Below, one piece after another: positions 1-9,204 of a stretch of 64,000 bases of DNA (positions are counted from its first letter, which is position 1; each line of letters starts with the position of its first letter). The DNA comes from Candidatus Micrarchaeota archaeon (lineage in GTDB: Archaea > Iainarchaeota > Iainarchaeia > Iainarchaeales > JAGVWC01), in contig JAZDJR010000035.1 in NCBI GenBank assembly GCA_043803815.1, positions 14,069 through 78,068 on the forward strand. The letters are read 5' to 3'. A program made the position numbers and the translations under genes. The notes under the pieces are model-generated. The model was given only the letters and a program-made list of their open reading frames with translations. It made no database searches and was not told the origin of the DNA.

Positions 1-510
1 GCGTGCTCCCTGCACGGGAAAATAAAAAAAAAGTTTCCAAGGAAAAATATTTTCGGAGTCGACAGCGAACCCGTTCCCAAAAATGCCAATTACAAGCGCG
101 GAAGCGCGGAAAAAATCCCGTTTGAAGACAAACAATTTGATTCCATCATGGCCGGCGAATTAATCGAGCACCTGCACCGGCCCGAATTGTTTGTTCAGGA
201 AGCGCACCGGTTGCTTAAAAAAAACGGAATCATGATTATTACGACTCCGAACCGCAAGAGCCTGATTAACCGGTTAACCCGCACGTACCATGCCTCTTTG
301 CATTTTTCATTGTTCAGCATTCCCGAATTGACCGCGGTATTGGAAAAAAACGGTTTTGCCGTGGAAAAGCTGTTTTGCCTGCCGTACAACGAGGAAAGCA
401 GCCCCGGTTCGCGGCACAAGCGGTTTTATGCGGTTCGAAAAGCGGTTCATTTTTTGGTTCCGATAGATTCTTTTCGCGAAGAAATCGTTTTGCTGGCGCG
501 GAAAAAATAG
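1..510 (+). CDS. Class I SAM-dependent methyltransferase (Methyltransf_11-like), 5' end outside the window
   Basis: Frame 1 is open from base 1 (ACSLHGK...IFGVD...GSAEKIPFEDKQFDSIMAGELIEHL...LLKKNGIMIITTPN), which gives the typical type-11 methyltransferase motifs. The ATG at 148 is internal. Confidence 0.85.
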   Translation, partial: ACSLHGKIKKKFPRKNIFGVDSEPVPKNANYKRGSAEKIPFEDKQFDSIMAGELIEHLHRPELFVQEAHRLLKKNGIMIITTPNRKSLINRLTRTYHASLHFSLFSIPELTAVLEKNGFAVEKLFCLPYNEESSPGSRHKRFYAVRKAVHFLVPIDSFREEIVLLARKK

Positions 511-522
511 GGTTGGTGTGGT

Positions 523-1551
523 ATGGTCAAAGCAAGCATTGTCATTCCGGCGTTTAACGCCCAAAAAACGATTGCCGACTGCCTAAACGGCCTGCAAAAG
601 CAGTCAATTCCCCTTAATGAGTTTGAGGTTTTGGTTGTGGATGACGGCTCGACGGACCGAACCGCAGAAATCGTCCTATTGTACCCCTTTGCCCAGTTGT
701 CCAGGCAAAAAAACGCGGGTCCCGCGGTTGCGCGAAACCGGGGCGCAAAAAAAGCCGCGGCCGACATCGTGGTTTTTCTGGATTCCGACTGCGTTCCGAG
801 AAAAAACTGGCTAAGCGAGATGTTAAAACCGTTCAAGGACCCCCGTGTGACCGGTGTCCAAGGAAAGTATGAAAACCCTTCGCCTGAATGGATGACGCGT
901 TTTGTGCAGTTTGAAATCGAGGAGCGATACGAACGCATGAAAAAAAGCATGCAAAAAAACGGTTCGATTGATTTTGTGGGCAGTTACTCGGCTGCTTATC
1001 GAAAAAAAGTATTCCTAGAAAATAACGGCTTTGACGAGGGGTTTCGTGCGGCGTCTGGCGAAGACCCGGATTTGAGTTTTCGACTGGCACGAAAGGGACA
1101 CAGGCTGGTTTTTGCGGAAGACGCCATAGTTGCGCATTTTCACCCCGCAAGCCTTGTCAAATACTGGCGCACCAAGTTTTACCGCGCATACTGGCGCGTA
1201 CGGCTCTATCAGCGCAATCCTGAAAAGGTGAAAAACGATTCTTACACAAATCCGATAATAAAGATTCAGATGGCGTTTGCGGCTTTTGCAATCGCGTTTT
1301 TAATTTTGGGGTTAGTCCAGCATCTTTTTGGAACATATTCTCTTTTTGGATTTCTGTTTAATTTTCCCAGTTTCTTCTTGTCCTTGTGTACTTTAGGAAT
1401 CCTATTTTTAGCCTCTATTCCAACAGCTTTTTTTATTTTTAAAAAAGACTGGATAATAGGAATTATGGCAATTTTCATTTTCACCGTGAACGCCTTTGTT
1501 TTTGTTATTGGATACGCATATGGAGTACTGAAATTGGGAGCTAAAAAATGA
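523..1551 (+). CDS. GT2 glycosyltransferase with C-terminal transmembrane helices
   Basis: SIVIPAFN, VVDDGSTD, GPAVARNRG, FLDSD (DxD) and GEDPDL motifs, a hydrophobic C-terminus, and a GGTG RBS upstream. Confidence 0.93.
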   Translation: MVKASIVIPAFNAQKTIADCLNGLQKQSIPLNEFEVLVVDDGSTDRTAEIVLLYPFAQLSRQKNAGPAVARNRGAKKAAADIVVFLDSDCVPRKNWLSEMLKPFKDPRVTGVQGKYENPSPEWMTRFVQFEIEERYERMKKSMQKNGSIDFVGSYSAAYRKKVFLENNGFDEGFRAASGEDPDLSFRLARKGHRLVFAEDAIVAHFHPASLVKYWRTKFYRAYWRVRLYQRNPEKVKNDSYTNPIIKIQMAFAAFAIAFLILGLVQHLFGTYSLFGFLFNFPSFFLSLCTLGILFLASIPTAFFIFKKDWIIGIMAIFIFTVNAFVFVIGYAYGVLKLGAKK

Positions 1552-2666
1552 AAGTCCTGCACGTGACCAACCAGTTCTGGCCCAATATCGGGGGAATCGA
1601 AAAGTTTACCATGGACCTGTGCCTAAAAACGCGGCCGCTCGGAGTCGAGTCGCGTGTTCTTTGCTTAAACAAGGGAAAAAACGACCGAAGTTCGCTTCCA
1701 AAAACCGCGGAAATCAACGGCATTAAAATACGCCGCATGCCTTTTCTCAATTTGCATTATTACAAGCCCGCGATTCTGCCCATAAAAGAACTGGCTTGGG
1801 CGGACGTGATTCACGTGCACGGCGTCAGCGCCCTAAGCGATTATCTGGTGCTGACCAAGGGCAGCCACAAAAAGCCGATTGTTTTGAACACGCACGGCGG
1901 GCTTTTTCACACCCAATCGCTTTCGGGAGTCAAAAAAATGTATTTTTTCGGCGGGCAAAAACTCATGCTTAAAGGCGTCGATTTGGTGGTGGCGGACAGC
2001 CCGCACGATTTCGAGCTGTTCAAACCCATTGCACCACGCATGGAATTGATTGAAAACGGCGTAGACTTTTCCGCATTGTCCAAAAAAACCAAAAAAAAAC
2101 AAGGGGTTTTTTTGTACGTGGGCCGCCTGTCCAAAAATAAGCGCTTGGACTTATTGTTAAAGACTTTTGGCGAACTCAAAAAGCAGGGACGCGATTTCGA
2201 GCTTCGCCTGGCAGGGCCCGACTGGGAACACTTAGCCGAAGAGCTGAAACGGCTGGCCAAAGAGCTGAAAATCGAAAAACAGGTCGTTTTTTTAGGGGAG
2301 GTTTCCGACCAGCAATTGGCCGCCGAGTATTTATCCGCCCAGTTTTTTGTTTCCGCATCGCGCTATGAAGCATTCGGGATTTCAACGATTGAAGCCATGG
2401 CCGCTGGATGCGTTCCGATTGTAAGCGACATTCCGTCGTTCCGGCACTTTATTAACGACGGGAAAGACGGCTATCTGGCCGATTTTTCGGACCCCGAAAA
2501 AACCGCGGGTCTTATTGCCAAAGTTACGGGGAAAAAATCGGGCGTTTCAAAAAAGGCCCGCCAATCGGCCCTGCGGTTTTCATGGGAAAAAAAAGCGAAG
2601 GAATGGCTAAACGCGTATCGGCGGCTGGTAAAAGAAGCGGAGAAAAAAAATGGCCGAAAAGTTTAA
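1548..2666 (+). CDS. GT4 (GT-B) glycosyltransferase, GumH/alpha-mannosyltransferase-like
   Basis: MKVLHVT...IGGIE, YVGRLSKNK and EAFGISTIEAMAAG (ExxxxxxxE) motifs. The start overlaps the upstream stop. Confidence 0.93.
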   Translation: MKVLHVTNQFWPNIGGIEKFTMDLCLKTRPLGVESRVLCLNKGKNDRSSLPKTAEINGIKIRRMPFLNLHYYKPAILPIKELAWADVIHVHGVSALSDYLVLTKGSHKKPIVLNTHGGLFHTQSLSGVKKMYFFGGQKLMLKGVDLVVADSPHDFELFKPIAPRMELIENGVDFSALSKKTKKKQGVFLYVGRLSKNKRLDLLLKTFGELKKQGRDFELRLAGPDWEHLAEELKRLAKELKIEKQVVFLGEVSDQQLAAEYLSAQFFVSASRYEAFGISTIEAMAAGCVPIVSDIPSFRHFINDGKDGYLADFSDPEKTAGLIAKVTGKKSGVSKKARQSALRFSWEKKAKEWLNAYRRLVKEAEKKNGRKV

Positions 2667-3960
2667 CCCGGGATTTTTTTTAAGAAGCGTATTGTTTTCG
2701 TACGTTAACCGCATCGTTTTACTGGTGCTGGGCTTGGCGTACGTTTTGCTCGTGGCCAACACTCTGGGGCCCAAGCTGTTTGGGGTTTACTCGTACGTGC
2801 TTGATTTTTTCGGAACCGTCCTTTTGGTGCTGGGCATGGAAACGTTTTCGGATGTCCTGCGCGTTTTTTTGCCCAAGAACCGTTCGGCCGAATTCGTCAA
2901 AAAAATCGCGTTCATGCAGACCGGGGTGGCACTGGTAATTGCGGCCGTTGTTTTTTGGCAGGGCTCTTTTTTGTCGGATTTTTTGGCGGCCGGAAGCGGG
3001 ATTCCGTTCGAATGGGTGGCCGTTGTCGTTTTGGGAATTCCGGTCTCATCGCTGGTGTACTCGGTAGCCGTCGGAAACCGGCAGTTTGGAAAGCTCATCA
3101 TGCTGTCCATTGTCGAAAACGCATCCAACGTTATTTTAGCGTTGGTATTGATGCAGCTGATGCCGGATGCGCTGCTTGCGGTGTTTATGGCCCGCGCGGT
3201 TTCCCTGGGCTTATTGGGCCTTGCGGGAGCGTGGCTTTTGACCGGATCACTGACGGAAGCGCCACCGAGCGGAACGATAGTGGCAAAGTACGGCTTTCAA
3301 TCGTGGCAGACAACCCTGTTCAAAAAAATCGGGGACCAAGCCATCCTGATTTACGTCGGAATTTTTGTTTCCGCCGCGGCATTGGGTTTTTTTTATTTGC
3401 TGAAAAAAATAAGCCTGTACATTATCGAAATCCCGATAAATGCCGCCAATGAGGCGCTTTTGCCTTTTGCCACGGGTTCGGGAGACTTGTCGTTTACGGA
3501 AAAGCTCGTGTCCAAAAATGTGAAATTTTACCTGGTTTTTTCGGTTTTAATGGCGCTGGTTTTGTTGCTGGTGACGCCTATTTTGGTCGCGATTTTGTTT
3601 CCTTCGTATTCGGGCGGGATTTTTTTGGTTCCGCTCTTCGCGTTGTATTACGCGCTGTCGTTTGATTATCCGCTGGGAACTTTTTTCCGCGCGGTGAACA
3701 AGCCGAAAATTCAGACCGTGGCGTTTTTTTATTCCGCCATTGCCAGCATTACCGTCGGATACCTGCTGATTTCGCGCTTTTTGGCGGAAGGCCTGTTGTT
3801 GACCATGATTTTTTCGCGCGTTTTAAATATTGCCGTTTCGGTTGCGTTTATCCGCAAAAGCGGTTACAAAATCGAGTTTATTCCGAGAAAAGGGGATTTG
3901 GTTTTTTTTTGGGAATTGGGGATTTCAACAGTCAAAAAAGGAATCCAAAAAATCCGCTGA
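2650..3960 (+). CDS. MOP-superfamily oligosaccharide flippase (Wzx/AglR-like)
   Basis: About 12 hydrophobic segments with LGPKLFGVY and AALGFF patterns typical of polysaccharide exporters, in a glycosyltransferase operon. Confidence 0.85.
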   Translation: MAEKFNPGFFLRSVLFSYVNRIVLLVLGLAYVLLVANTLGPKLFGVYSYVLDFFGTVLLVLGMETFSDVLRVFLPKNRSAEFVKKIAFMQTGVALVIAAVVFWQGSFLSDFLAAGSGIPFEWVAVVVLGIPVSSLVYSVAVGNRQFGKLIMLSIVENASNVILALVLMQLMPDALLAVFMARAVSLGLLGLAGAWLLTGSLTEAPPSGTIVAKYGFQSWQTTLFKKIGDQAILIYVGIFVSAAALGFFYLLKKISLYIIEIPINAANEALLPFATGSGDLSFTEKLVSKNVKFYLVFSVLMALVLLLVTPILVAILFPSYSGGIFLVPLFALYYALSFDYPLGTFFRAVNKPKIQTVAFFYSAIASITVGYLLISRFLAEGLLLTMIFSRVLNIAVSVAFIRKSGYKIEFIPRKGDLVFFWELGISTVKKGIQKIR

Positions 3961-3994
3961 CCGAATACTTTTCTTGCAAAGCGGCGGCTTTTGA

Positions 3995-5422
3995 CTAAAC
4001 AGCGGATTTAATCCGGTTTTTGAGTTCAATGGCGCCGTTAAAAACGCTTTTTGGAATCAGGTTGGCTTTGTAAAGCGTTCCCACAAGTTTTCCGGCGGTT
4101 CCGTAATTGCGCAATAGCCGGTGAATATGATATTTTTTTCGGACTTCGTCCTGAATGCGCGGAATTTTTTTTTCTATGTAACGCCGCTGCTCGGGGGAAA
4201 TATTGGGTGTCCGGATAATGATGCGTTCGGCTTTGGTGTTGAATTCGTTGAGGTATTGCTCGGGCTGTATCAAAAAAAGGTCGCGTTCCTTGGCCTGAGC
4301 ATAACCTTCTGTCCCGCTATAGGGGACATAGTTGTTAAAGCTGGCCCAGCGGACGGGGTGGCGCAACGCAAAGTCGAAGGTATCTTCCACGTCCTGAAAT
4401 GTCTGGTCGGGAAAGCCCAGCATCATATTGAGATGCACATCGAATCCGGCATCGATGGCCGCCTTAATCGCGGCGTCAATCGTCTGCATGGTTTCTCCTT
4501 TTTTGATTAACTTAAGCATGCGTTCGTTGCCGACCTCGACGCCAAACGCAATGGACTCAAATCCGGCCGAGCGCATGCGCTTGAGCAGGGCAGGGGAAAC
4601 GCGGTCGCAGCGCACCCCTTGCGGAATGTTGAATACCATTCCTTTCAGGTTGTTTTGGGCAATCAAATCGCATATTTTGACGACCCGTTCCTGATTAAGC
4701 GTGAAATTATCGTCCAAAAACTCGATGCGGCGGTATCCTTTTTCGTACCAGTATTTGATTTCTTCAAGGACGCTTTCAGGGGAGCGAAAACGCCACCAGT
4801 TCCCGCTGACCACTGAAACCGCGCAAAAGGTGCAGTGTTCAGGGCATCCTCTGGAAGTCAAAACTACCATTGCGGGATACCAGTATTTTTTCAGCTCGAA
4901 TTTTTCATAGCGCGGCCAGGGAATGGATTCGATGTCGCGCCGAAACGGACGGTCCCCCGTAAAAATAATCTTGCCTTTTTCGCGGTAAAGCAGGCCTTTG
5001 ATTTCGGAAAATGGCTTTCCCCGACAGAGTTCCAATAGGGAATCTTCGCCTTCCCTTACTATTCCAAAATCGATGGCGGAGCAGTCTTCCAAAACTTTTT
5101 CTTTTTCTGTCGAAATATGGGCCGCTCCGACGGCAATCGGTATTTTGGGAAAGGCGGACTTTATTTTTTGGATAAGGGCATAACTGTCTTTATAGCGGTA
5201 GCTTTTTGTGGCAATGCCGAGCAAATCGGGCTTAAACGAATCGATTTTTTTAACCAGGTCGTCGAACGAATAGCCCAGATTCAAATCAAGCGTGTCGTAT
5301 TCAACTCCGTTTGCGGACAAATATTCGCCAAGATAGCCGAGCGCCAGATCCGGAACATCGCCCGGTTTGTACGTGCTATTGTAATACGCAACCGGAACCA
5401 GCAGCACCCGTTTAAAACGCAT
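3995..5422 (-). CDS. Cobalamin-binding radical SAM enzyme #1 (class B-like)
   Basis: N-terminal B12-binding Rossmann region (PDLALGYLG...GAAHIS...REGE), RGCPEHCTFC (CxxxCxxC), FLDDNF and FGVEVG. ATG at 5422 preferred over the ORF-track start at 5506. Confidence 0.9.
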   Translation of the reverse strand: MRFKRVLLVPVAYYNSTYKPGDVPDLALGYLGEYLSANGVEYDTLDLNLGYSFDDLVKKIDSFKPDLLGIATKSYRYKDSYALIQKIKSAFPKIPIAVGAAHISTEKEKVLEDCSAIDFGIVREGEDSLLELCRGKPFSEIKGLLYREKGKIIFTGDRPFRRDIESIPWPRYEKFELKKYWYPAMVVLTSRGCPEHCTFCAVSVVSGNWWRFRSPESVLEEIKYWYEKGYRRIEFLDDNFTLNQERVVKICDLIAQNNLKGMVFNIPQGVRCDRVSPALLKRMRSAGFESIAFGVEVGNERMLKLIKKGETMQTIDAAIKAAIDAGFDVHLNMMLGFPDQTFQDVEDTFDFALRHPVRWASFNNYVPYSGTEGYAQAKERDLFLIQPEQYLNEFNTKAERIIIRTPNISPEQRRYIEKKIPRIQDEVRKKYHIHRLLRNYGTAGKLVGTLYKANLIPKSVFNGAIELKNRIKSAV

Positions 5423-5627
5423 ACAAGAGCTATATTGGCATTTTTTTAAAAGCTTTCCTTTGAAAAAAGCCGCTTTGGAAAAATCCGTCAAAGCCGATTG
5501 CACCAAAAAAATATTCAGCCTATTCGCCGTGAATTAATCGGGTTCAACCGGCGATAAACATTAAAGGAGAAAGCCGCTTAACTGGAAACGAATAAGCAAA
5601 GGAAAAAGTAAGGTGCAGAAAAACCAT

Positions 5628-7013
5628 ATGAGCGCAATAAAATTGGCAATCGGAAAAAACCTGTCCTGGCTTTCGACCATGAAAACTCCATTTGGATATG
5701 CGGGGCCCGTCGTGCATTATTGGAGTAATTCGCTGGATTATATCGGTCCCGGAACGGACTGGCGATACGAAGGGCTTATTTCCGCTTTCTTGATTCTGCA
5801 TGAAAAAACCGGCGAGAAGCGGTTTTTGGATTCCGCAATAAAAGCGGGAGAATTCATCCTGGCCAATCGCCGCCGCAACGGCGGGTTTTTTTTCTCGAGT
5901 TTTGAAGCGAACCCTTCGTTTGAAGGCATCGGAACCCCGCACCAAAGCGCGGTGGTCCTCGCGTTGATCCGGCTTGCCGACAGGCTCAAATCGCTTGGGC
6001 TTGAATACAAAAAATTTTCGGCTGCCGCCCTGGAAAACCTGGAAAAAATACATATGGAAAAACTCTGGAGCAAAGAACAGCAAACATTTTTTCAGTATGG
6101 GAAAAGCAGGGCCGCCGGCCGGTCCAACGCGTTTGTTCCCAATAAAATTGCAACCGCGTGCCAGGCCTTTTTCGCCATGTATCGGCACACCAAACAGAAA
6201 AGATTTTTGGATATCGGATTGACCGCGCTTGCATATGTTCCCTCAATGCAGTGCACGGATAACTCGGAGTGGTTTGGCGGCATTTTTCAGTCCGACGACC
6301 AAAACAAGGTTTTTTCGTATTATACGGCGCGCTGCATTCCGGCACTCGCGGAGGGATACGAACTGAGCCAACAAGAAATGTTTCGCCGAACCATTGAAAA
6401 CGCGCTGGTATTTTTGGGTTCCATGCAAAATCCGGACGGCAGCCACAACGCGGGATTCATGCGATTCGGTTCCGTTTACCAAAAGACGACCCTGCCGCAT
6501 TTTGCGGCCGGAGCGGGGGATATCGGCCTTGCATTGGAAATCGGAAAGCCGTTTGGAAAGGCCGACAGCCGCGGCGTACTGGAATGGGTGATGCAAAACG
6601 CGGGAAAGAGCGGGGGATTTTTTTCAGCGCGCGGACTGGAATACAAAAACCGGCCGGATGCGCCCAAAAAAGCGGAATATTCCTGGCAGGACGCGTTGCC
6701 GGTCGTCGGATGGAACGATAAAGCGCTTCATTTTTTATCGTCGGTCTGCAGGAATGTTCAGGATATCCCAAAAATCGAGTTTGAAGAGAGTCAAAAGCAA
6801 TGCTCGAATGGAACGCTTATAGAAACGCGAAAGTTGCTTGCGGTGGAAGGCGCGGAAAAAAACTGGCGCTTTGAAAAACAAAAAAATTTTTCCAATGATC
6901 CCGCGGCATTAAAAAATCTTTTCTGCCGCATTGGCTTATTGGACACTCCGCCGACGGATTGGGTGGCCAGAGCCGGCTTGCGGATTTTAAGGGATTCAAA
7001 TGGACGTTTGTAA
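5628..7013 (+). CDS. Uncharacterised alpha/alpha-barrel protein (six-hairpin glycosidase / prenyltransferase-repeat-like)
   Basis: Repeated helical hairpins (HEKTGEKRFLDSA, YRHTKQKRFLD, FLGSMQNPDGS). ATG at 5628 follows AAGGTG. No signal peptide. Confidence 0.6.
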   Translation: MSAIKLAIGKNLSWLSTMKTPFGYAGPVVHYWSNSLDYIGPGTDWRYEGLISAFLILHEKTGEKRFLDSAIKAGEFILANRRRNGGFFFSSFEANPSFEGIGTPHQSAVVLALIRLADRLKSLGLEYKKFSAAALENLEKIHMEKLWSKEQQTFFQYGKSRAAGRSNAFVPNKIATACQAFFAMYRHTKQKRFLDIGLTALAYVPSMQCTDNSEWFGGIFQSDDQNKVFSYYTARCIPALAEGYELSQQEMFRRTIENALVFLGSMQNPDGSHNAGFMRFGSVYQKTTLPHFAAGAGDIGLALEIGKPFGKADSRGVLEWVMQNAGKSGGFFSARGLEYKNRPDAPKKAEYSWQDALPVVGWNDKALHFLSSVCRNVQDIPKIEFEESQKQCSNGTLIETRKLLAVEGAEKNWRFEKQKNFSNDPAALKNLFCRIGLLDTPPTDWVARAGLRILRDSNGRL

Positions 7014-7025
7014 GAAGGGAAAAAA

Positions 7026-8147
7026 ATGAAAACGCTTTTATTATTTCCATATGCGCCGCCCGAACGCGGGTCCCCGGTCATGCGGGTGGAATCCATTCGG
7101 GATTTTTTTGAGGAAAAAGGCGGGCAAGTACGCATCGCAAGCCCCGTTCGCAATGCCGCATCGGTTCCCGGAGTGATACGGTACAACGGAATTCTGGAAT
7201 TGCTTTGGATTATTTGGAAAGAAAATCCGGATGTTTTAATCGGTTCCTCGCCGCCCATGACGCATTCCGCCATCGGCATGACATTTGCCAAACTACTCGG
7301 AAAACGGGTGTTTGTAGATGTGCGCGACCCCTGGATGTATGCCGCAATCGGACTGAATATTTACAAAAAAAACGAGTGGAAAGCGCTGTTGTACCGCTGG
7401 CTTGAAAAAACCGGTTATGCCTTATCGGAAAAGGTTTTTTCCGTGAGTTCGGACGTTGGGGAGTATATTATGCAAGATGGAGTGAAAGCGGACCGAATTG
7501 TAATCGCGCCCAACGGAACGCTTCCAAAAGTGTTCAGGTTGAATCCCGCGGCAAGGGAAAAGATTCGAAAAAAGCTTGGAATCAAAAAAGACCAGCCGAC
7601 GGTACTGTATGCGGGCGACAGCAACGGACTGGGACTGGAATCGTTATGGCCGCAGCTATTGGCTGCCATTCGGCGCAACAAGGGTTTTTTGGTCCTGCTG
7701 GTTCCGGTTCGCGAATCGGATTCTGACGCAAAAAAAATGGAAGCTGAATGCAAAAAAATATTAAAAGAAAATGTGGCGATTGTGGATGTTCCCCCGCTGG
7801 AACTAAAAGAAGTGGCGGAGTACTTTGCGGCCTGCGATATCGGAATCGCCGTGAATCCGCCGGTGCTAGATTACTGCATCCCCGCCAAAGTGTATGATTA
7901 TGCCGGAGCCGGACTGTACACGGTGGGATTCGGAACCAAAGGCCGCGGACTTGAAAACCTGCTGGACAAAAACGACATGGGTTCTTTTGCGTTTGACCAA
8001 AAAAGCTTTGAAACCGCATTGGAAAAAGCGCTGAAGCGCATACAAACCGAATCCGGAATTAAAAAACGGCTGAATGCGCTGGCGGTTTCGCGTTTCGACC
8101 GTGCCAGAACATCCGAAATTATCTGGAAAGAAGTCGCGAAAAAATAG
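7026..8147 (+). CDS. GT4-family glycosyltransferase
   Basis: PDVLIGSSPP, VDVRDPW, APNG and PAKVYDYAGAG GT-B motifs. Confidence 0.85.
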   Translation: MKTLLLFPYAPPERGSPVMRVESIRDFFEEKGGQVRIASPVRNAASVPGVIRYNGILELLWIIWKENPDVLIGSSPPMTHSAIGMTFAKLLGKRVFVDVRDPWMYAAIGLNIYKKNEWKALLYRWLEKTGYALSEKVFSVSSDVGEYIMQDGVKADRIVIAPNGTLPKVFRLNPAAREKIRKKLGIKKDQPTVLYAGDSNGLGLESLWPQLLAAIRRNKGFLVLLVPVRESDSDAKKMEAECKKILKENVAIVDVPPLELKEVAEYFAACDIGIAVNPPVLDYCIPAKVYDYAGAGLYTVGFGTKGRGLENLLDKNDMGSFAFDQKSFETALEKALKRIQTESGIKKRLNALAVSRFDRARTSEIIWKEVAKK

Positions 8148-8172
8148 GACAAACCGCCCATTTGGAAGTCGC

Positions 8173-9204
8173 TTAACTGCGCTTGTTTTTGTCGTCGAGG
8201 CTTTTTTGTACAACCGCATTAAAACGTTTTGAAAAACCCGAAAGCCCGAATTCTTTTTCAAGCGATTCGTTGAATTCGAATTTGCCAAAAAGCGCTTTGG
8301 ATAGGCCGCTTTGGAATGAATCGACCGAAAAATCGGGAACTTTAATGCAGGCCGGATGCCCAAGCTCTCTTGCAACGCCAAAATCCGTGGTGACGACGGG
8401 GCGGTTGCAGGCCAGCGCTTCAAGGGTAACGAACCCGAATCCTTCAAAGCGCGAGGGAAACAGCACCGCATCGCAGGCCGCATAATATTGGGCGACTGTT
8501 TTGGAGTCAAACGGACCGCGGCAATCGATGCAGTCGGATTGGGCTTTCGGAAAGGTAACCGAAACAAAGTGCCAGTCCGGATTCTGCTTGGCGAGTTTTT
8601 CTGCGACGTCGAATCCTTTGCTGTAATCCGGCCGCCCCACAAAAAGAACGATTTTTTTGTCCAGCGGCAAGCCGGTTTGTTGCCGGCTTTTTTTTTGGTC
8701 TGCGGGCTTGAAAACCGAAAAATCAACGGCAAATGGCACGTGAACCGAATCCAGGCCGTAATCTTTTTTCAGGAGTTTTCTTGTGAATTCGGAATTGGAA
8801 ACGATTAGGTCCGCATTTTGCAGGCTTTTTTTTTCAAACCACGCATAGGCCAGCTGGATGCGCAGGCGGTCCAGGCCCCAAACCATCGCGTTTTTGGCAA
8901 AGGAAACATTGGTGCCGTGGCAAATCCCGACTTTTAGGTAGGAAGTTTTGGCGGGCAGGGCCCAGCCGTACGAAGCGTTAAAAAAAACCACGTCGGGGTC
9001 GTATTGGTCCAGGTGCTTTGCCAGGTAATCGGCAACTGCCTTGGCTTTGGAAGGCTCTTTTAGAATCGGCAGAGCGGCTTGGCCGGTTTCCTCAAACGAA
9101 ATAATGCGAAGGTTCGGAAAAATTTTTTTCAGGGATTCGGAAAACTGTTCGACTCCGGCGGGAACCTTGGAAAACGAGTTTCCGGTTAAAAGCACCGCTT
9201 TCAT
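8173..9204 (-). CDS. GT4 glycosyltransferase
   Basis: LFVGRPDYSKG and FPSRFEGFGFVTLEALAC. Confidence 0.92.
   Translation of the reverse strand: MKAVLLTGNSFSKVPAGVEQFSESLKKIFPNLRIISFEETGQAALPILKEPSKAKAVADYLAKHLDQYDPDVVFFNASYGWALPAKTSYLKVGICHGTNVSFAKNAMVWGLDRLRIQLAYAWFEKKSLQNADLIVSNSEFTRKLLKKDYGLDSVHVPFAVDFSVFKPADQKKSRQQTGLPLDKKIVLFVGRPDYSKGFDVAEKLAKQNPDWHFVSVTFPKAQSDCIDCRGPFDSKTVAQYYAACDAVLFPSRFEGFGFVTLEALACNRPVVTTDFGVARELGHPACIKVPDFSVDSFQSGLSKALFGKFEFNESLEKEFGLSGFSKRFNAVVQKSLDDKNKRS

Noticed and set aside
1260-1550. Low-GC patch at the 3' end of the first GT2 (18 of 60 G+C in the line starting at 1321)
   Set aside because: It coincides with Phe/Ile/Leu-rich TM helices. A recombined segment cannot be distinguished from amino-acid bias without codon statistics.
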